DNA of 19,141 nucleotides, from the NCBI GenBank assembly GCA_036845085.1, contig DAIUEN010000009.1:1-19141 (forward strand), read 5' to 3'. Below are positions 7,397-13,568 of the stretch, piece by piece. Origin of the DNA: Candidatus Nanopusillus sp. (lineage in GTDB: Archaea > Nanobdellota > Nanobdellia > Nanobdellales > Nanobdellaceae). The position numbers and the translations under genes were made by a program. The first letter of the stretch is position 1. The number at the start of each line of letters is the position of its first letter. The notes under the pieces were generated by a model. It was not told the origin of the DNA and did not search any database. It saw only the letters and a program-made list of their open reading frames with translations.

Positions 7397-7944
7397 CAGA
7401 TTGGGAAGAAATATATAATACAACTTTAAAGTTAAGATCAAAATTTTCTATAGTTGATTTTTATCAAAAATTTGCAAAATTTTTAATAAAAGAATTAGGA
7501 TGGAGTGGTATTTTTGGAGAAGATAGAATAGAAAAATATTATCTGCATAAAGTTACTCAAAATAATATATTGTTTAACGAAATAATATGGGATCTAAGAA
7601 AAGAATTTCTTAAAGATCCTGTTAAAGTAAATGCTAAGTTAGAAATAAGGATTTTGTTAAATAATTATAATCTCAGTAATTTAGTAGGAGATATAGAAAT
7701 TACTATTAAGGGTTATATATCTACTGAAAAATCTCCAGAATTTAAAAAACCAGAAAAACCTTCTTTAGGTGAAAAAATATTATTAATATTTGGAATTGAA
7801 AAGATAAAAAATCTTCTAGAAAAAGCATTTGAAGACATAACAAGTAAAAGAAAATGGATAGATATGTCTAAAAGAAATTTCTATAAAGAATGCGATTCTA
7901 TAAAAAATTGGATATTAAAATACTTTAACTCATATAGTGTATAA
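7393..7944 (+). CDS. Hypothetical protein (183 aa), second of the coupled pair; apparent distant paralog of the upstream ORF
   Basis: Translationally coupled to 6905-7396. The segment order is similar by eye. An amphipathic helix ('DFYQKFAKFLIKELGW' vs 'KLYSSIKEFWESKGF') is followed by an E/K-rich strand region with a conserved Trp. Next comes 'GDIEITIKGYIS' vs 'MKVVINGDIDVDY', and then a K/E-rich C-terminal helix. Confidence 0.6.
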   Translation: MTDWEEIYNTTLKLRSKFSIVDFYQKFAKFLIKELGWSGIFGEDRIEKYYLHKVTQNNILFNEIIWDLRKEFLKDPVKVNAKLEIRILLNNYNLSNLVGDIEITIKGYISTEKSPEFKKPEKPSLGEKILLIFGIEKIKNLLEKAFEDITSKRKWIDMSKRNFYKECDSIKNWILKYFNSYSV

Positions 7945-7949
7945 TTATG

Positions 7950-8330
7950 CTATATGTTAAATATCTCTATTCCTAACTCTTGCGCTTTTTTTACAATTTC
8001 TTCCCTTTTTCTTTTTCCAACAGTAGAAGCTATTATGGCACACTCCGTTTCTTTATTTATCTTTAATAATTCTTCAACATTATGAACTAATACTCCTTTC
8101 TTCCCATTTGGAAGTAATCCCCTAACATCTCTCGGTGAACCATATCCTACTTCAACTAATGGAGGCTTTCCTTTTAACCTATGTTTCATCTTGTTGTGTA
8201 ATCCTTTTGGCCTTCTCCAAGAATCTTTTTTGTTTCTCTGACTTATACTTCTCCACCAATATGGCCTATAATAATCTGGCTTTTTTCTTTTTATTTTCTT
8301 CCTAAGTTTGATCAAGTTTCTTAAGCTCAT
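7950..8330 (-). CDS. rpl32e: 50S ribosomal protein L32e (eL32)
   Basis: 126 aa. 'SWRRPKGLHNKMKHRLKGKPPLVEVGYGSPRDVRGLLPNGKKGVLVHNVEEL' is the eL32 signature. It lies downstream of rpl6 as in the archaeal spc cluster. Confidence 0.9.
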   Translation of the reverse strand: MSLRNLIKLRKKIKRKKPDYYRPYWWRSISQRNKKDSWRRPKGLHNKMKHRLKGKPPLVEVGYGSPRDVRGLLPNGKKGVLVHNVEELLKINKETECAIIASTVGKRKREEIVKKAQELGIEIFNI

Positions 8331-8860
8331 GGTTTTTCAACTATGTATATTCCATCTTGGAATTTCCTTAAGTCCTTTTCCCCAGGCCTTACTGAATTTT
8401 CTATTAATCCTGCAACATTTCCTAGTTTTTCTATATCATATCCTTCTAATATTATTTCATTTTCTGAAACTGTTACTTTAATATCTTTAGGTATCTCAAT
8501 TACTTTTTTATCAGACCCTCCTAAATAATTTTCTATAATTATGTTATTTTGTTGAAGTTTTAATTTGATTGGAAAGTGTACATTAACTGCTCTTAGTTTA
8601 TATCTAAATCCTTGTGTTATTCCAGTAATAGCATTCTTTATATGTGCAACAGCAGAATAAAAATCTTTTTTCTCTCTTCTTGTTGGAAAATAAACTTTCA
8701 AAATTACTTTATTATCTTTCTTTTCTATAATTATATTTTTATTATCTAATCTTCTCTCTATCAATTTATTTCCACTCTTTACTACTATTTTATTTTCTAG
8801 TATTTCTATATTAACATTGTTAGGGACTTCAATCTCTTCTTTTATCATAAATGGTCTCAT
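8327..8860 (-). CDS. rpl6: 50S ribosomal protein L6 (uL6)
   Basis: 177 aa. Has 'GFRYKLRAVNVHFPIKLKL', 'IENYLGGSDKKVIEIP' and 'DLRKFQDGIYIVEK'. Confidence 0.9.
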   Translation of the reverse strand: MRPFMIKEEIEVPNNVNIEILENKIVVKSGNKLIERRLDNKNIIIEKKDNKVILKVYFPTRREKKDFYSAVAHIKNAITGITQGFRYKLRAVNVHFPIKLKLQQNNIIIENYLGGSDKKVIEIPKDIKVTVSENEIILEGYDIEKLGNVAGLIENSVRPGEKDLRKFQDGIYIVEKP

Positions 8861-8892
8861 CTTTATCTCATATATAATATACTTTTTTAAGA

Positions 8893-9426
8893 TTAACCTT
8901 CTACAATATTTACTCCAAATTTCTCCTTTAAGAAATTAATGACTTCTTCTTTAGTAGTTCTATGTCTCTTTGGTATTTTTGATGCTTTATATTTCCTATA
9001 CATTACTCTATACCCTGGTCTTTTAACAGTTACTATCACATCCATACCTATAATTCCTATTTCAGGATCATATTTTAATCCAGGAATCCAAACATATTCC
9101 TTAATACCAAATCCAAAATTTCCATAATTATCAAACGAAGATGACTTTAATGTATTGTTAACAGCTTTTAATAGCCATTTCAAAGCCTCTTCTGCTTCTT
9201 TTCCCCTTAGTGTTAACTTTACTCCAATTTCTAATCCAGGTCTTATACCCCATGCTTGTACTCTTTTCTTAGCTTTAGTTCTGACAGGTTTTCTATTTGG
9301 AAACATCTTCTTAAGTAGTTTTTCTGCCTTTTCTAAAGGCTCTCCAGGTTTCCCCACCCCAATATTTATAGTAACTTTATCTATTACTATCCTTCTCATG
9401 ATATTATTTTTATTCTTATTCCCCAT
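8893..9426 (-). CDS. rpl5: 50S ribosomal protein L5 (uL5)
   Basis: 177 aa. Has 'KVTINIGVG', 'AWGIRPGLEIGVKLTLRGKEAEEAL' and 'NFGFGIKEYVWIPGLKYDPEIGIIGMDVIVTVKRPGYRV'. Confidence 0.9.
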   Translation of the reverse strand: MGNKNKNNIMRRIVIDKVTINIGVGKPGEPLEKAEKLLKKMFPNRKPVRTKAKKRVQAWGIRPGLEIGVKLTLRGKEAEEALKWLLKAVNNTLKSSSFDNYGNFGFGIKEYVWIPGLKYDPEIGIIGMDVIVTVKRPGYRVMYRKYKASKIPKRHRTTKEEVINFLKEKFGVNIVEG

Positions 9427-9428
9427 CT

Positions 9429-10157
9429 TTATATTGTTATCACCGGTTTATCTTCACCTATAGCTACTACATAATCAAATATTGTTTGTTCTACTTTATT
9501 TTCTTCTAAATTTAAATATTCTACTAATCTATTATTACCAAATGGTTTATGAAGTATCTTGATATCAGACAACCTTCCCATTTTTCCAGCTTTATGTCCA
9601 TAATATACATATATCAAGACATTTTTCTTCAATCTAATAATTTTCTCTATTTTTCTCTCTTTAGTATTATATAAAATAGAATCTCCTACTTTTATATCTT
9701 TGTCACCCATAATAAAATTACTACCGTCAAGGCCCGTAACTTGTATTCTTCCATTTTTTATCATTGTTTTTTTAACAATTCTTATTAATTTTAAATCTTT
9801 CTCATTTTCTGATATCTCTTTTAGAACCAATTTTTCATTTTTATTTATTACTACCCTATAATGCTTGTTTAAAGGCAAAATTGATATTACATCAAATAAT
9901 CCAACATTATACCCCAAATCTCTTATTTTTTTGTTATTTACCAATACTTTATTTGTATCTAATAAGTATTTAGCTTCTCTTTTATCTTTTACCAATTTCA
10001 AATAATCTCTTAACCATAGTAATATTGGCATTGCATATTCAAATTTATATCCATTTGATGTTGGTCTAATTATCCAATAACTTCCTTTCCTAGGTATAAA
10101 CCATGTTTTTGGTGCTGCTATTCTTCTTAGATGTCTCTTTCCAGAAACATGAGCCAT
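9429..10157 (-). CDS. rps4e: 30S ribosomal protein S4e (eS4)
   Basis: 242 aa. Has 'GKRHLRRIAAPKTWFIPRK', 'MPILLWLRDYLKL' and 'VLVNNKKIRDLGYNVGLFDVISI'. Confidence 0.9.
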   Translation of the reverse strand: MAHVSGKRHLRRIAAPKTWFIPRKGSYWIIRPTSNGYKFEYAMPILLWLRDYLKLVKDKREAKYLLDTNKVLVNNKKIRDLGYNVGLFDVISILPLNKHYRVVINKNEKLVLKEISENEKDLKLIRIVKKTMIKNGRIQVTGLDGSNFIMGDKDIKVGDSILYNTKERKIEKIIRLKKNVLIYVYYGHKAGKMGRLSDIKILHKPFGNNRLVEYLNLEENKVEQTIFDYVVAIGEDKPVITI

Positions 10158-10169
10158 TTGTAGTATTAT

Positions 10170-10682
10170 CTACTTAAGTTTTTTATTATTTTCTATAGCC
10201 TTTTCAACATCTTCTTTACTAACAGAATAATTATTAATTAGCTCGTTTATCCTATCTTCCGGTATATTCTTACTTATCATTTTTCTTTTAATAATTTCTA
10301 GTCTATATTTGTCTTGAAGATTTAGTTTTAATATTAACAATTTAGAAGGATGAATTGGATAATATACTTCTTTTCCTTTTTTATTTTTTTCTTTTGCGTT
10401 ATCTACAAAAATCCTGTATCTTTTTGTATCTACAAATATAACAAATCCTTCTACATTTCTATACTTACCCCTTAATATTCTTACATAATCTCCAACTCTT
10501 ACAGGTAAAGAATTAATTCCAACAAGGTTTTTTATATATTTTGATAACATAGATGAAATTAATTTTCTCCTTATGTGTAAAGGAGCATTTATTATAAACT
10601 TTCTCTGTTTTCTTGGCTGAACAGATCTACTCCAAGTTTTGCTCCAGTTAGAATAGTCTATATTCCTGAATTTCAATACCAT
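10170..10682 (-). CDS. rpl24: 50S ribosomal protein L24 (uL24) with a C-terminal extension
   Basis: 170 aa. Has 'QPRKQRKFIINAPLHIRRKLISSMLSK', the KOW motif 'VRVGDYVRILRGKYRNVEGFV' and 'YYPIHPSKLLILKL'. About 45 further residues follow the conserved core. Confidence 0.85.
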   Translation of the reverse strand: MVLKFRNIDYSNWSKTWSRSVQPRKQRKFIINAPLHIRRKLISSMLSKYIKNLVGINSLPVRVGDYVRILRGKYRNVEGFVIFVDTKRYRIFVDNAKEKNKKGKEVYYPIHPSKLLILKLNLQDKYRLEIIKRKMISKNIPEDRINELINNYSVSKEDVEKAIENNKKLK

Positions 10683-11083
10683 TATACAATAATTGAAGCT
10701 ATTTTTCCTAGTTCAGGCCATCTTTCTATTACTTCTCTAGCAACAGGTCCTCTTATTATTGTTCCTGCTGGTGTTCCTTCATCATCCTTTAAAAGAACAC
10801 ATGCATTATCTTCAAATTTTATTCTAGTTCCGTCTTTTCTTCTGTATTCTTTTCTCTGCCTTATTATTACAGCATTCATTACCTTTCCTACGAGGGATAA
10901 ATCCCCTTCTTTTACAGTTACAGAAACTAAATCTCCAACCCCAGCCTTAGCATATTCTCTCTTAGTAGTCTTGTAACCAGGAACTGCTATTATTTGAACT
11001 ACCTTTGCTTTAGAATTATCTGCAACTTTTAGATAAGATCCTATAGTTAAAGCTTTAGTAACTTTTGATGATATTGCCTTCAT
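10682..11083 (-). CDS. rpl14: 50S ribosomal protein L14 (uL14)
   Basis: 133 aa. Has '[17 protein letters not shown]', '[28 protein letters not shown]' and '[17 protein letters not shown]'. Confidence 0.9.
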   Translation of the reverse strand: MKAISSKVTKALTIGSYLKVADNSKAKVVQIIAVPGYKTTKREYAKAGVGDLVSVTVKEGDLSLVGKVMNAVIIRQRKEYRRKDGTRIKFEDNACVLLKDDEGTPAGTIIRGPVAREVIERWPELGKIASIIV

Positions 11084-11415
11084 TTTTTATTTAATACAAC
11101 AAATCTTATGGATTTTGACAATGGCCTAGTTTCCCCTATAACTACAATATCTCCTGCGTTAATATTTAAACATCTTGGAACATAAGCTTTAATTCTTGAT
11201 ATTCTGGCTTCGTATCTTTCATATTTCTGTACATATACATATCTAACTATTTCTACAACAGCTATTCTATGTTTTCTTTTTCTTACCCTACCCTCAAAGA
11301 TAAATCCATGTATTCTAATTTCTCCATGCCAGGGACACTTCTTATCACTACAAATTTCTTCTGGAGGATTAATTCCTTCTATTCCTATGTTTTTAACATA
11401 AGTACTTTTAACCAT
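11080..11415 (-). CDS. rps17: 30S ribosomal protein S17 (uS17)
   Basis: 111 aa. Has '[23 protein letters not shown]', '[19 protein letters not shown]' and '[21 protein letters not shown]'. Confidence 0.9.
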   Translation of the reverse strand: MVKSTYVKNIGIEGINPPEEICSDKKCPWHGEIRIHGFIFEGRVRKRKHRIAVVEIVRYVYVQKYERYEARISRIKAYVPRCLNINAGDIVVIGETRPLSKSIRFVVLNKK

Positions 11416-11454
11416 AAAAAATATAGTTTAAAAAATAATTTTATAAGATTGCGA

Positions 11455-11512
11455 CACGGTGATGATATAAGTACAAATCTGAAAAGATGATGATCGACGG
11501 GCTGGCTGAAGA
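11455..11512 (+). ncRNA. C/D box sRNA (2'-O-methylation guide)
   Basis: All four boxes are canonical and in order. They are C box GUGAUGA (11459-11465), a 13-nt guide (11466-11478), D' CUGA (11479-11482) and a 4-nt spacer. Then come C' AUGAUGA (11487-11493), a 12-nt guide UCGACGGGCUGG (11494-11505) and D CUGA (11506-11509). The element is a local GC-rich island in an intergenic gap. Ends are approximate and I found no terminal stem. Confidence 0.75.
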
Positions 11513-11545
11513 AAAATATTGTATAAATAAATTAAAATTATAAGA

Positions 11546-11658
11546 CTGGCGGCTTCCGTGCTTTCCCGGCTTTCGCCAGTACTCGCACGGACGTAGGCCG
11601 GCTTAACTTCCGTGTTCGAAATGGGTACGGGTGTTTCCCGGCCACTTTGGCCGCCTAG
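11546..11658 (-). rRNA. 5S ribosomal RNA
   Basis: The reverse complement reads ...GGCGGCCAAAGUGGCCGGGAAACACCCGUACCCAUUUCGAACACGGAAGUUAAGCCGGCCUACGUCCGUGCGAGUACUGGCGAAAGCCGGGAAAGCACGGAAGCCGCCAG. It contains the universal 5S loop C/helix III signature 'CCCAUUUCGAACACGGAAGUUAAGCC'. A terminal helix I forms between GGCGGC and GCCGCC. Ends are accurate to only a few nt. Confidence 0.9.
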
Positions 11659-11670
11659 ATTAATTATATT

Positions 11671-11973
11671 CTAAAAACCTTTATAAGGCTTTTTTATCTT
11701 AAATCTTTTCACATATTTACAATATTTACATTGATATATTATCCTACCTTTTCTTATCCTAATGCTCAAAGTTTTGCCAGGTATCCATACAGTATAACAT
11801 TTTTTACAAAATTTATTCTTTAAATCGCTTCCAAATCTTATTCTAAATTTGTTTTTTATTTTTAATATGATGTATATATACTTTCTAGATAATTCTGGAT
11901 TCTTATCATATAAACTAACAGCTTTATTGTATAAAATTTTTATTCTATTTAATGCTATTTTCTTTTCTTTCAT
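11671..11973 (-). CDS. rnp4: RNase P protein component 4 (Rpp21/Rpr2 family)
   Basis: 100 aa. It aligns along its length, from memory, with Pyrococcus Rpp21. 'IALNRIKILYNKAVSLYDKNPELSRKYIYIILKI' is the helical N-terminal part. 'FCKKCYTVWIPGKTLSIRIRKGRIIYQCKYCKYVKRF' is the zinc ribbon CxxC...CxxC. Confidence 0.85.
   Translation of the reverse strand: MKEKKIALNRIKILYNKAVSLYDKNPELSRKYIYIILKIKNKFRIRFGSDLKNKFCKKCYTVWIPGKTLSIRIRKGRIIYQCKYCKYVKRFKIKKPYKGF
11678..11688 (-). promoter_or_regulatory. TATA-like element (CCTTATAAAGG) positioned for 5S rRNA transcription, inside the 3' end of rpp21
   Basis: On the minus strand TTATAAA (11686->11680) is centred about 25 nt upstream of the inferred 5S 5' end (~11658). 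It is preceded by an A-rich, BRE-like AAAAAAG. Archaeal TATA boxes normally centre near -26/-27. The same bases encode P-Y-K-G of Rpp21. Confidence 0.4.
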
Positions 11974-12329
11974 AAAGAAAATGTAAATTCTCTAATTTCA
12001 TTTTTGTCTAAATTTTTTACATATATTATAATGTAACCATCATCTGGTAAAGGTACTTTAGGGATTTTAATTTCTATATCTTGTTTGCTATACTTTCCCA
12101 CATTTGTAAATATTGGAGAAACTAAATTATAATATAGCCTAAATTTTAATGCATTATAATTATTTCTAAAATATATTTTATTAGTTCCGATCTCAAATCT
12201 TCTTATAAAAGGAGAATGATTCTTTATAGTTATAATTATTTTTTTAGAAAAAATTAGATCTACATCTTTTAATGGGATAATTTTATGCTCTACATACCAT
12301 TCATCTTTAAGTTTTATATCACTACTCAT
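11970..12329 (-). CDS. Hypothetical protein (119 aa), beta-rich, no recognisable family
   Basis: This ORF is coupled on both sides by 4-nt ATGA-type overlaps: the pth2 stop with its ATG at 12326-12329, and its stop with the rnp4 ATG at 11970-11973. The alternating hydrophobic pattern (IIITIKN, FEIGTNKIYF, LKFRLYY, GYIIIYVKN, IREFTFSL) suggests an all-beta fold. Confidence 0.6.
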   Translation of the reverse strand: MSSDIKLKDEWYVEHKIIPLKDVDLIFSKKIIITIKNHSPFIRRFEIGTNKIYFRNNYNALKFRLYYNLVSPIFTNVGKYSKQDIEIKIPKVPLPDDGYIIIYVKNLDKNEIREFTFSL

Positions 12330-12667
12330 AGTAATTTTAATTTACTTGTGACTTTATCAATCTTTTCTTCCAAATCTGGACCAATCCCTATACAAGTAAT
12401 GGTACCAGGTTCCAATTCTGTTAATCCGGCATCTCTTATCATACAAACGTTCAAACCTTCTTTTTTGGCTAAGTCAAAATAATAATTTAATTCTTCTAAA
12501 CTATCGACAGAAAGTACTACTTTTTTCTGACCTTCCATTAGCCATTTATTTAATATTTCTTTTTCAGATCTTAACACACATTCTACCGCTGCATGAGCAA
12601 CCTGCGCTGCTATTTTACCACAGCTCATCTTTATATCTTTCCTAACAATTATTACTAATTTGTACAT
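12326..12667 (-). CDS. pth2: Peptidyl-tRNA hydrolase, archaeal type (Pth2)
   Basis: 113 aa. Has 'KLVIIVRKDIKMSCGKIAAQVAHAAV', 'GQKKVVLSV' and 'IRDAGLTELEPGTITCIGIGP', the Pth2 signature. Confidence 0.9.
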   Translation of the reverse strand: MYKLVIIVRKDIKMSCGKIAAQVAHAAVECVLRSEKEILNKWLMEGQKKVVLSVDSLEELNYYFDLAKKEGLNVCMIRDAGLTELEPGTITCIGIGPDLEEKIDKVTSKLKLL

Positions 12668-13008
12668 TATTCTAAAAGCTTTAATCTTTCTAACAAAAGC
12701 TTATATTTAATATTGTTCTTTATTTCTTCTTTTAAATCTTCTAATAAGGTCTTTTCTATATTTTCTATCTTTTTATTAATATTATCTAAAAGGATATATA
12801 TATTTTTTATGTTGCTATCTAATTCTAATACTTTATTTTCTATCTCTTTTATTTTATTATTTAAATTATTATCCTCATAGGATAATTTCTTTATATCATC
12901 TTTTATAGATGAAATTTCCCCATTTAGAGTAGATATTATATCTTTAATGTATCTATCAAAATCATCTAATTCTAATAATCTATTTATAAGCTTTTCTGGT
13001 ACATCCAT
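12667..13008 (-). CDS. Hypothetical coiled-coil protein (113 aa)
   Basis: Heptad-like I/L/N/K/E repeats run through most of the length (IKDDIKKLSYEDNNLNNKIKEIENKVLELDSNIKNIYILLDNINKKIENIEKTLLEDLKEEIKNNI). It is the first gene of the pth2-rnp4 string, with a 1-nt overlap onto pth2. No family assignment. Confidence 0.5.
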   Translation of the reverse strand: MDVPEKLINRLLELDDFDRYIKDIISTLNGEISSIKDDIKKLSYEDNNLNNKIKEIENKVLELDSNIKNIYILLDNINKKIENIEKTLLEDLKEEIKNNIKYKLLLERLKLLE

Positions 13009-13046
13009 AAAATGCTAATATGTTTTGATATTCTTAAATTTATACA

Positions 13047-13568
13047 ATGATAAAAATATTACATCAGTCTCTTTCTTTAGTAATATCTTATCTTTTGTTT
13101 TATTTTATTTTAGGATACGATAAATTTTCTTCAATAATTCTGTCAATTATTGTAAGCATTTTATCTACTATACCAGATTATGATTATAAAATATTTTCTT
13201 GGGCAAATAAGCAGTATGTTATGCTAAATAAAACTTTTCTAAAATATATACTCTTCCCATATTACCTTATAATAATTTTTATGATAAAAGCATTTAAACA
13301 TAGAGGAATAACACATTCTATTTTTCCAATAATATTTTTCATTGTTTTGGGATATATATTTTCACCAATATTTTATTTGATATCATTATCTATAGCTCTT
13401 CATATACTAGAAGATTCCTTAACAGTATCTGGTATACAACCTTTTTATCCATTTAGTGAATATAAATTTTCCATACCAATATTAAATACTAAGAAACATA
13501 GAACCGTACAAGTCATTCTATCTTTCTACCTTTTTTTATTATTTTTTATTCTAATATTTTTTGTATGA
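13047..13568 (+). CDS. Membrane-bound metal-dependent hydrolase, YdjM/DUF457 family
   Basis: 173 aa with about 5 hydrophobic helices. Has the conserved 'HRGITHSIF' and 'ALHILEDSLTVSGIQPFYPFS' His/Asp motifs typical of DUF457. Confidence 0.7.
   Translation: MIKILHQSLSLVISYLLFYFILGYDKFSSIILSIIVSILSTIPDYDYKIFSWANKQYVMLNKTFLKYILFPYYLIIIFMIKAFKHRGITHSIFPIIFFIVLGYIFSPIFYLISLSIALHILEDSLTVSGIQPFYPFSEYKFSIPILNTKKHRTVQVILSFYLFLLFFILIFFV

Noticed and set aside
6905-7944. Possibility that the coupled 163/183-aa pair is a toxin-antitoxin module
   Set aside because: The two proteins look like paralogs of each other rather than a small antitoxin plus a toxin. Neither shows a DNA-binding (RHH/HTH/AbrB) or known toxin motif (PIN, RelE, HEPN and similar).
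8343-9463. Three + strand ORFs (61, 62 and 102 aa) antisense to rpl6, rpl5 and rps4e
   Set aside because: They are shadow ORFs of highly conserved ribosomal protein genes, with hydrophobic low-complexity translations.
11269-11490. 73-aa + strand ORF running from inside rps17 into the intergenic region
   Set aside because: Its 5' part is antisense to rps17. Its 3' part is better explained by the C/D box sRNA, whose box motifs give the 'HGDDIS' and 'LKR' codons.
12285-12482. 65-aa + strand ORF across the pth2/orf119 junction
   Set aside because: It is antisense to two coupled genes and has no motifs.
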